The notes under the pieces: generated by a model
Database searches by the model: none
Seen by the model: the letters and a program-made list of their open reading frames with translations, nothing else
Told to the model about the DNA's origin: nothing
Shown here: piece after piece, positions 9,727-20,800 of the stretch
How the letters are laid out: the number at the start of each line of letters is the position of its first letter
Position numbering within the stretch: the stretch's first letter is position 1
Source: Hydrurus foetidus
Taxonomy: Eukaryota
NCBI GenBank assembly: GCA_900617105.1
Contig: UYFQ01000303.1
Coordinates: 1-37,762, forward strand
DNA length: 37,762 nt
Reading direction: 5' to 3'
Translations under genes and position numbers: made by a program

Positions 9727-12700
9727 GCTGTCCTGTCCTGTCAGTTGCAACATGAGCGTTGTACGCACTACCGTACGTACATGAAAAGTCACGATCGTCA
9801 TCGTGATTTATGCTCAGCTGAATTCATTGTAGAGGGAGAAAAGTTGCAGGAAATTGCAATAATTATTTTCCTCACAACGTTTTGTATTGCACTACATCAC
9901 GTTGAATCATCCTGCTTGAAACGAAGCGACGACACATATCGACATGACCATTGACAAGTAAGAGGAATAATCACTGCGGGTGTAGGGACGACGAGATAAG
10001 ACCAGATGAGTCAATTAAAGACAAAGTAAGACAAGCTAGACCTGCACTGAGTTCTGGTTTCCGCCCCACATGCGGTCCGATCTTGTCATGAAGGGCTTCC
10101 GGGACATGACCTGATGCAGCAGATTGATGGGAGTACGAACGTTATCAGATGCATGGAATACAAGTATCACAATCTTAGCAGTATCATCATCCCCAACCGT
10201 TTCACATTAAGCATATGGGGATACATGTTCAAATTGATAGAATGGCAGACGTTGTTAGGTGGCTGTGTAGGAGAGGGATCCAGAGATCTATTGAGGCGAG
10301 AGTGAGAATGCTCTGTGATGTGATGATCATTTTGGACGAAATGCAAAGTAGTAGTAGGGCGAGAGAAGAAGTGCGTTTGCTCTGCACTGTTAGATTAGAA
10401 TACAAGTGATGAACGACTGAGCAAAGCGAGAAGCTCTTTTAACCGAAGAGACTGACACACATTCATGCATATGTAAGTACGTACAGACAAACGAATAGTT
10501 TAGTGTATGCAGTGCGGGGTAACAGAGGCTAGTCACACCTGCAATGGCTGACTCCGATAGCCCTTCATGTCATTGGCAAATACTGTGGTGTCATATCGTA
10601 TGCTATCTTCATTCCTGCTCTTCATATTCTTCATTTCCTTTATCCGGAGATCCAGAGCAGCTTCCTCTAGCCGCCTTTGTGTTTTCTCAAGATGGAGGAA
10701 GCTTCGGTTGTATCTCGCTATTCTCTTAGCATCCCTCACCTCCTTGTCGTCACATCCGATGTAGGGTTGGGAGAAAGAATTGTCTTCTGAAACTGAGGAG
10801 TGCTGTTGCAGTCCTGTGAGTCTGTTGGACGATGACCTGTTCATCCACCTACTGGTCTTACTACTATTATTGTTATTATTGCTGTTATTATCATCAATAT
10901 TGCTACTGTTGTTGTTGCTGCTATTGTCATCGCAGAAACTCCTTCGCATCTGAATATGGGTATCAACAGCACTGCCTCTGCCTCCATGTGCATACCTGCT
11001 CTGACTGTGAGTGGGAGTGTGTGTGTCCCTTCTGTCTGAGCATCTGCTGCCCTCGCTCATCTCACTCATCTCCCCCAGAGAAGCTGTTGAAGAGGCAGAC
11101 ATCGTCTGATCAGCAAAGGGAGGTGGCTTGGATTCGTACAGAGTTGAGTTGCTGCCATACCCAACACGACCGAAATCCGATGGCTGTGTTGGCCGGAACC
11201 GTTTACCGGACTGAGACGGCTTCTTCCCGCTGAATGACGGCTCAACTAGTAGCAAGGAGGAGGGGTCGGAATGCTTTGTCTTGGTGTGCCTCACCCGCTG
11301 GGGATAGAAATCTCTTTTCTCCGACTGACTGATCCCCCCTGAGTGGTTTAGAGAGTGGAGGGAGGAGTGGCGCCGATCATCTCTGCCGTCATAACTATCC
11401 AGACCAAGACTCACAGTGCTTTTGCCTATCGAAATGTCGATCAAAATTAGATACAGCGACGAGTAAGGAGTAAGTGCATATCAGCGATGGCGCCTTATAT
11501 GACTGTTACGGCACAATGAGTGAGCGTCAAAACTGTCACTGCATCAGCACATGACATGCGTAATAATTGATAAGTGGTGAACTGATTCCGATTTCAAAGA
11601 CTTAAGAAAATGTGACGCGAGAGAGAGGCGGATGTAGGACATGAACAGTAGATATCTAACCTGACTGATGGGGAGAAGCACTGTAGTTGTAGCTGTTGCT
11701 GCGTGTAGATACAACAGAGTTCTCTTCTGTGGCCACCCCTTCACTAGAGGAGCTTCTCTTCTTCGGACCCAAAGGGTGGTTCTCCAGTCCGGATTCCCAT
11801 CGACCCAAGCTCTCTACCCTCCTTTCCTCACTGCTTCTTTTGTCCAGGAGAGCAATTTTTTTCGCATTGTCCATTTGGTTCTTGCGGGTCTCGAGATGTC
11901 TGAGTAATAAAAAGCGTAATTGAATTAATTGTGTAGATGAAAAAACTTAATCGCAGAAGCTGAAAGGACTAGCTCCGCACACAAGCAAGATTGATCTCAA
12001 GCGACCCACTCAGGGCAGGTTAATTAGTCCTAATAAAGTCCAACAGTTATATTTTCTATGTTCAAAAGGGCGTCTTATAAGACGACACAATATCGCTAAG
12101 TAAGGAGGTAGGTAATCTTATCGCTAAAAAGATTCGACAAACAAGTGTGCGACAGAAGAATGATATGAGGGGAAGTGACATCGTTGATGACAAAGACAAT
12201 TGGGCAATCATACCTAGCAACGAGGATAGGATCGTTGCACTGCTCTTCGTACTGCACAGCTCTCGCCCTCCTCCCTTCCAGATCAGACTTGCGCAGGTCG
12301 TAAAATGGAATCTCGTGTAACTTTAAATTTGAAAATCGAAGAAATCTCGCAAACCCCTCTGTAGACTCCTTCGTAGATCTCTTGTGGTAGATGTCTTCAA
12401 TCAACTCGTTGAGCTCCTCGCTACCCACATCCAGATCAAATGTCTTCTGCCCGATAGCGATCTTCATGGCATCGTCAAGACTTTTTCCCTCTACTTCACT
12501 ATTGCTCCTTACGCTGAAATCACGAGAAGAGTTAGTGGGCAGTCGAGAAGTCATTTCGTTGCTCCAGCCGCATTGACTCTCATATACTTCAGTGCACTTA
12601 GCCCGTTTCTCATCGAGTTTGCCACTCAAGAACTGTCTAATGTCGGCCATTTCCTTCTTGCTCGCCACCAACTGAGAATCCCTCATATCGATCTCGTCAA

Positions 12701-13528
12701 TCTTGCTGATGATGTCAATTATCGCCACACCTGAGTCAGCGTTCTTCGGAAGCATTTCGAACATCAGCTCTTGGCTTTTCTTGGGAAACAGTTCCTCAAG
12801 CTTCAGTCTCTTCAAAATATACGAGAAATCCTCCGCAGTAATGATGTCCTGCTTCGACTTCCGACCCTGATTTTAATGAATCGATCTCTTCGAATTATCT
12901 TCGGGTCACAACGTCATTAAGGGATCAAATATATCAAGGGATCAATGGCAATTTTATGTACCCACCGCTTTAAAAAGTTTTGCAGCATGTCCATACTCGG
13001 TCCTCACTAATTTTCTGAAGGATTCCATGGAATGGTCTCTCATCATCATTGTCTCCGGATTTCCTGCGAGCAACCAATCAGTTGTTTTCGTAAAGTTTGG
13101 TTATCATGGAGATTAAAATTCAAGTCGTGTTCACCTGTCTCCTTCTGTGTCACTACTTTCTTTCGAACCGACAGTCCAGAACTTAGCGGTACCTCAGAAT
13201 AGTCAGCTCTATTCGTTGTCTCGAACATGTCTCGTTCTATATCCCGATCTGCCGTCCAAATTGCCATCTAAGCGGGACGATAAAGAAAGAAAAATGAAAT
13301 CAAAATCTTGCCGAGGGCCACACGACAGTCTCTCACCTTCTGAATTTTCCTGTACTTTGGATTTGCGAGTACATCTAATGAGCTGGCATCAGGCGGGTGC
13401 CTTTCAACAATTTTCTGCATGATGCATCTAAACTTCTTCATTGTTGGCAGAGTCTCAACGAACGATCCATCTGAGGCAAAGTTACGATTGCCCGAAGGAT
13501 TCTTCCGCGAATTTCTTCTGCTAGACAT
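9727..13528 (-). CDS. Multi-exon hypothetical protein (~790+ aa; weak EF-hand-like segment, low-complexity C-half); 3' end uncertain
   Basis: Phase-consistent GT-AG model: exons 13528-13337, 13267-13135, 13063-12966, 12866-12214, 11899-11661, 11425-10539, then probably 10110-10042 and 9817-9727. It links five minus-strand ORF fragments without stops. Confidence 0.65.
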
Positions 13529-14872
13529 CACCTCGAAATCGCGATGCACTCAGCAGTTGCTGTGGGCGAGAATGACCGCAGCTGAAGTTATTGCTCATCA
13601 GCACTAGGTATGATATCTATCATGACTATTTTTTGTAAACTGAAGTTAGAGATGCGAAGTCTGAAGTTTTCGGCACAATTTTCATTTTCATGAGAGATGG
13701 AATCAAATGTTTTCATGGAGGGTTCATATCAAATTTGATACGAAACGGTCGATCGTAGAAGTTTATCTCGTGTTGCATCACCTTTCAAGATGTTTTGTCC
13801 TCATTACACTGTTGCAAAGTGCTCTTCGTGAATTACGCATTTTCTACATCACACTTGGCGATTTTTTTGTTCCGCCCTCTTCATGCCGGCGAGGTATTCT
13901 GTGTTCTGTCAGAAATTGATATGGTAATGACTTTTACTCCTTGACTGGTAAATAGAGCTAGGTCGCCATCTCGATTTGTGAGAACTCGTCATCGTGGATT
14001 CTCTGTACCTTTCCATGCCTCACGATCGTCCTGTAGTAATGTTCATTTCCGGTATCACTACACTAAATATGTTAGTGGGAGCCAGAAATATTGCTCCGGA
14101 GCATGCAACAGTGAAATTTGTCCTCTTTGTGTGATGGTACCGCGTGTGTAAGTAACCAGCGTGGAAAGAATATATGAGGTATGAGAAAACGTTACCCGTG
14201 GACTGGAGCGGAATTAGTTAGAGTATGCACTTGTTGTGATGATGGTCTGCTGTGCACGTAATATTTCGCGCATGTAGTTCTAGTATATCAGACCGAATTG
14301 TTAAGTCTGTTGCTGCTTGTTGATGTGACATGTATATGCTGCGCCCAGTATGTCGCCAACTATGTGACATTTTGTTTATCTGCGACAGCTTGCAGAGAAG
14401 ATCATCGTATTTGCATGCGTTACGATGGTAGTATTGATGCAAATGTCCGCCCTTTCGTCGTACGTACTGTGACTAAAATGTTTTCCCGATGACAAAAGAC
14501 TCGCAGAAGATTTGTCCTCATCACTGAAATCTTTTTTAGAATTTTTAGGCTGGTACCGGGTCAAAGTGGAGATATTAACTCTGTCTCTGAGTGGGGATAT
14601 TTGCTCTGTCCTTACGGGTAATGTTCAATACTATAGATGATGCTCTTCTACGCTAGATGTCAATCAAGAGCGTCCTTCTTCTTCATCCCTACAGATGACA
14701 TAGTGAGTGAGAGCAGTTAGTTTCGCGGCTACGAAGATGCAGTTCGAACATGATGTGTCGACAGATATCGTTTTTATTGTAAACCAATGGAAGAAGTACC
14801 GGCTATCTAGTCCCTCTAGAAAAATGTCATTAGAAATAGTAGCTATATATATGCAAATGGCGTCACAAGTGT

Positions 14873-15419
14873 CAGCTGTGACAAATAAGTTTCTGATCAG
14901 AAAAGAATCAGCGGATGTAGTTATCGTCATCGAGTCACTCGAGAGAAAGAAGACATGTCTTTCATCGTTTCAGAACTTATAGGCACATACAAACAGAGCT
15001 CATAGATATGCTATATGTAACAGCTGTGACAAATAAGTTTCTGATCAGAAAAGAATCAGCGGATGTAGTTATCGTCATCGAGTCACTCGAGAGAAAGAAG
15101 ACATGTCTTTCATCGTTTCAGAACTTATAGGCACATACAAACAGAGCTCATAGATATGCTATATGTAACAGCTGTGACAAATAAGTTTCTGATCAGAAAA
15201 GAATCAGCGGATGTAGTTATCGTCATCGAGTCACTCGAGAGAAAGAAGACATGTCTTTCATCGTTTCAGAACTTATAGGCACATACAAACAGAGCTCATA
15301 GATATGCTATATGTAACAGCTGTGACAAATAAGTTTCTGATCAGAAAAGAATCAGCGGATGTAGTTATCGTCATCGAGTCACTCGAGAGAAAGAAGACAT
15401 GTCTTTCATCGTTTCAGAA
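14873..15419. repeat. Perfect tandem array, 148-bp period, 3.7 copies (A-B-A-B-A-B-A; A=103 bp, B=45 bp)
   Basis: CAGCTGTGACAAATAAG starts at 14873, 15021, 15169 and 15317. No differences seen between copies. Confidence 0.97.
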
Positions 15420-15600
15420 ATCACTACCACAGGGAGGAGGCATTTACAGTAGTTGAAATCAAAAGTTATGCATGATGAGGCGATTGAGGAATGTTTGGTA
15501 GACAGCTTACATCAAGTCTTTAGTTGAAATGCTGCGGCTGAAGATCTCGGCTCACCAATGGGCTCAGACAAGTCTTGAAGTAGCCGAAACACAACGCGAT

Positions 15601-15647
15601 TTGTGACGCCCGAGCACGATCAAGTAGGTCGCGCCCGAGCGTCACAA
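15601..15647 (-). other. 21-bp GC-rich stem with 5-nt loop
   Basis: TTGTGACGCCCGAGCACGATC-AAGTA-GGTCGCGCCCGAGCGTCACAA. On the minus strand this gives 17 Watson-Crick pairs, 3 G-U pairs and 1 mismatch. Confidence 0.7.
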
Positions 15648-15999
15648 GTGTTTGCGTCAGGTATGGTACAGTACTGCACGCCCGTTCTCCTGCTACATGG
15701 AAGCCACAAAGCATACCACTTTGATGTCGTTTGTGACAGCCAGTCAAAGTTCTGCAACAAATGTTGCCCTCAAGGGGGTAGAATCAGAAACTGAAACTGG
15801 TTCCGGAAACTGAAAGCGAGGAGAAGTGCAAAATCTGGGGACTGTTCCCATGAAATCTTGCTCTAATTTATGGGGATGGAAAAGAAGCCACTCCTGCCCG
15901 AAAATCTGACTGTGAAACCAATACCACCAACATACTGCCGACGTTGCATCACGGTTGACGTTCGAGCAGTACATATTTGCAACATATAAACTCGGAAAT

Positions 16000-17484
16000 A
16001 TGTCTGCCATCGATCAAGTACTTCCCGGTCAAATGCCCCTTGAGGAGCATGATCCTGTCATCTTTGATCTGATTGAGCGTGAGAAGCACAGACAATGGAC
16101 AGGTCTCGAGCTGATCGCATCAGAGAATTTTACATCCAAGGCAGTCATGCAATGTCTTGGATCAGCCCTTACAAACAAATATTCTGAGGGTTATCCTGGA
16201 AAGAGATACTACGGTGGAAACGAGTTCGTCGATCAGGTTGAGATCCTCTGCCAGGACCGCGCCCTGGCAGCGTATGGTCTTGATCCCAAAGAATGGGGCG
16301 TCAACGTCCAACCTTACTCTGGATCTCCAGCAAATTTCGCTGTCTACACAGCCTTATTGAAGCCCCACGACCGCATCATGGGTCTTGATCTCCCATCAGG
16401 TAATCATATCTTAGAAGATCAAATCTCAAAATAAAACGCATGCGACTGAATCACGCGAAAAATGTACTCAGGTGGTCACCTCACCCATGGGTTCTACACA
16501 TACTCCAAGGCGGACAACTGCAGAAAAGCTGTGTCAGCAACATCCGTGTACTTCGAATCACTACCATATCGTGTCCACCCCGAGACAGGAATGATCGATT
16601 ACGATATGTTGGCTGCTCAGGCAAGCCTTTTCAAGCCCGCTATGCTTATTGCCGGTGGGTCCGCCTACCCAAGAGACTGGGAATATGCCAAGTACAGACA
16701 GATCGCAGATGAGAATGGGTCTCTAGTAATGATGGACATGGCACACATCTCTGGTCTTGTCGCCTCTGGAGAGGCCGCCAACCCTTTCCCTTACTGTGAC
16801 GTGGTCACAACCACCACCCACAAGTCACTCCGTGGCCCCCGTGCCGGTATGATTTTCTTCAGAAGAGATGCACGCAACTTCGAGGTCAGAATCAACCAGG
16901 CCGTCTTCCCCGGACTACAGGGTGGACCACACGTGCACCAGATTGCTGGCATCGCCACCCAACTGAAGGAGGTAGCAACTGACTCCTTCAAGGAGTACTC
17001 AAAGCAAGTCCGCGCCAACGCTGCTGCCCTTGGAGACCAACTCAAGACCAAATACGGCTACACCCTCGCCACTGGCGGAACGGAGAACCACCTTGTTCTG
17101 TGGGACTTGAAGCCACAGCTACTCACAGGCTCGAAGATGCAGACCGTCTGCGACCACTGCTCCATCACACTCAACAAGAATGCCGTCCTTGGTGACAAAT
17201 CAGCCCTCACCCCCGGAGGCGTCCGTGTTGGATCACCCGCCCTCACAACGAGAGGCCTCAAGGAAGTGCACTTCCGCCAAGTGGCCGACTTCCTCCACAG
17301 AGCCGTGGAGATCGCCCTTAAGCTACAGGCAGCATCGGGCAAACTCCTCAAGGACTTCGATCTCGCAGTCAAGAACTCTGCTGAGGTGCACCAGCTCCAA
17401 GTGGACGTTCAGCAATTCATCACTCAGTTCCCCATGCCTGGATTCGACACTGCCACCATGAGATACAAACAGCTCGTCGCATAG
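16000..17484 (+). CDS. SHMT: Serine hydroxymethyltransferase, probably cytosolic; exons 16000-16399 and 16472-17484, 470 aa
   Basis: [50 protein letters not shown] across a 72-bp GT-AG intron, and PLP-lysine motif [12 protein letters not shown]. No N-terminal targeting extension. Strong C-ending codon bias. Confidence 0.98.
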
Positions 17485-17844
17485 ATCTGCCGCATAGACA
17501 CTACTGCATTACATCTCTCTGATTACCTCTAATAATCACACCTGCACTCCAGGCACCATCAAAGTTACAGACATCGTATGTAACACTAAACTCTCTCTTG
17601 CAAAATAAAAAATCTATGCACAAGATGTCCAACACAGATCTAGATGTAATAGAAAATCGTGAAACCAATCGGATTGCAGACATCATCAGGAGTCGAATGG
17701 ATAAGATATTGTAAAAGAACACGAAAAAGTTCTCATCCTTGATACAGCCTCAAACAGTCACTCGGATATAACGAACAGGAAATATACGCACAGACTCTGG
17801 ATATGACAAATCATGGTGATCGACTGGACATAAACAGCAAATAA

Positions 17845-20800
17845 TTACTCACTAACGCACGTAACAGCAGCATCTTCTATGTTGACCCGAATGATACATC
17901 GCTTTCTTCTTCCACAGTCGTCGAGGAACTGGTCGATGTCTGGTGTGGCACACTTGTGAGAGGTGTCGGGGAGGAGCACAGAGCTGGAGGTGCACTGTAT
18001 GGCACCATCAGAGCTGTCTAAGCTGCTGTCGATATCCCTATTCCCTCTGTTGGAGGGTCCACGCACCGTGTAGGATATCACACGGTGCCCTGTCCCTGCT
18101 CCTATCCCCTCACCCCTTCTAATACGCTGCTCTCTATCCCCTTCATCTGAGCATCCATGCACAGTCACAGTATCCTCCCGAGACATGGACAGGGACCGAG
18201 ACACGTACTGCTCGAACGCATCATCCTGACTGAACTCTTGAAAGCGGCCAGAGGTTGGACCTTCTTCGTAGGTGCTGCCGTCCAGCAGACTACTGCCGAG
18301 AGATAGCTGTAGACTGGGGCCCGCAGTGAGGCTCCCTTCGCTGGACATGTCATCCTCCCCCTCTCCCATTGGATAGAGCGGCTGCAAGACCCCCGTCCTG
18401 TCCCTCACGGTGAATTCCCTCTCCCCCATGAATCGTCCCGACACCAATGGGGCGAGACCTGCTAAGAAGGACCCATCAGCTCGACTTCCCAACTGCTGTG
18501 CTCTCCCTCGGAACCTGGACCCAGTGCTCCCAACATCTGGTCCATGTCCATGTCCATACCGCCGCCGACCCTCACAACCCTCATCAGAACCATCATCTTT
18601 CTTTCGCTCCATGTCTGCGCCTCTCTTCCTTTTGATAGGCTCGAGGTGCTTCATTTTCCTCCTCAACATTATTGAACCGGTATTCAGTCCTTTTTTATTT
18701 TCTTTTTTGAACATCGTTGAGTTAAATTTGTTTTTCACAAAGATTTCAAATTCGCTTTTGTTGACTGTGAGTTTCTTCAACTCAATGGCAAACTTGTTGC
18801 AGCCTCCTATGTCGAAAGACATCTCGTTACTCGCATTCACTTTTACTGAATTACTCCCTGCTGAGCTGAAATGCGTTAAGCTGTATTGTCTGAGGAGCTG
18901 ATCGGATTCCCAGAGCCTCCTCTGCATCAGGTAATTCATCTCTTTTCTATTCTGTCTTTTGATGCATTTTGTTGACACTGGTCCTTGGTCATCATAGTCA
19001 TCCCCATCAACATCTCCGTCACTGATATCGCTGTCTCCCATTTCTCCATCGCTGTTTGCACTGTGATCTTCGCTGTGATCATGCGCCCTCCTCACAATGC
19101 CTCCGATGAACCCCTTGCTGATCCCTGCATTGTATTCACTGGTCATACCGCACTTGTTGCGATGAAGTGTACCGTCAGTGCCCCCTTTGCTAATGTTCAG
19201 GGTGGCTGGATCCGGGTCAGGGTCTAGTGTATTACCCCTCGTCCAAGGTGTAACAGCCCTAGGCACAGTCATTGCATTGAATGAATAGGAGGACAGAGCC
19301 ATGTCGTTGCTCATCACTCTCAGGCGGTTTCTATCTATCTTCTCAGTGAGGGACTTAAACACGGGGTCCCTCTCTAAGGCCTGCTGCAGCTGACGCTCAA
19401 AGGAGGACTTCTGGGCCTTCTTTAAATCCGATTCAGCATCTAATTTCGAGTCTGAGATGATGCTGTCAGTGATGAGGTCTCTGCGAGTGACGATATCGGT
19501 GCACGGTAGAGTCGCAGTGGGGATTTTGATTATTTTCGAGTTGGCCGTGGAAGCCGTGGATGACGCACTGGTCACGGAACCGCCTCCCCCCAATGCATTA
19601 TTGTTCTGATGGGAACTGTAGTTGCTCCTCTGAGAGTGAGAGAGGGACTGGGAGTGAGGTGCAGAGAGAGAGGGGGTACAACAAGGGGACCGAGAGAGAG
19701 TGGGAGTGAGAGGGTGCATGGACTGGATGTGAGAGCGCGAGTTCGACCTGCTGCGAGGAGGGGAGTTGATGTTGATGGGAGGGGAGGCAGGGCGCCAAGG
19801 AGACAGGACCCTCTGCACGCTAACCGCATACTCCACAGATGCAGTGCGTGACAGTGGGAGAAGAGAGGACTTTGCTTTGTCAGCGAATTCGCCTTGTCTC
19901 CCATGCAGGGTGGACGACTTGGGCACCTGTATGTACTGCACATCCGTTGACTGATTCCTCTTGCTGTTACCCCTGCTCTCGAAGTAATTCAACATGATGA
20001 TATTCTCCTTCTTCTTCGGACTCCCTGATGTCTTAGGAATAGAGGAACGTTCTTCATGATCAGATTCTAAGATGAAGTCATAACAAGCAGCATCTGATTT
20101 TTTGTGGCATTTTGATTTCTTGCGGTGTAAAACTTTCTTCTCCGTTGACTGCACTTGCTTCCTGTACTCATTATCATCTGTAATGCCGTGTAACTCTGAT
20201 CTATTGTTCCGAGTCGCATACTTGCTGTTGCTCTCTTTTAGCCGCATGTTGTGTGACCCTCTGTTGGAGTGGGTTGATTTGAGGATGGGGTAGAGGGAGT
20301 CGAAGGGCGCCTCGGGTGTGCGCTGCCTCGCAAATGTATACAACTCCTTGGCAAGCTGATTGGCATCAGTGCATATAGGACCTCTTGGACTCGCACACAC
20401 TTCCAAGTCACCTCCCTCTCTACCTCTTCCTCCTCCTCGATATCTTCTATTGTAGTACTCATTGTCACCCTCCATACGCAAGAATAATTTCTCCTTCACC
20501 ACTGCTTTGGGGCGACCAGAATACTCCACCTGAACTTGAAGTTCCTCCTCAACAGACGCCATGTCTGTCCCCCCTCTCCTTGAGGAGTGTCTCTTCCCTC
20601 CAGCATCGGATATGTTCCGATTGATGAAGTGATTATCCCTCCTATTGACTGGGCCTCTCTTCTCACCACGGTCCTTCGTATCATCTGCACTGTCATCGTC
20701 CACACAGACGGAGTCACAGATGCTCACATCCCCGTCCATGCTCACACTAACTCTCATTCTTCCAGCCATGAGACCTTCTAGCACATACTCGTGCCCCAGT

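Noticed and set aside
14873..15419. CRISPR-like repeat-spacer array
   Set aside because: The 'spacers' are identical, the repeat is 103 bp, there are no cas genes and the context is eukaryotic.
13700..15900. Possible degraded multi-exon gene on the + strand around the tandem array
   Set aside because: Some splice-like sites and short ORFs exist, but I could not build a phase-consistent model or recognise any protein family.
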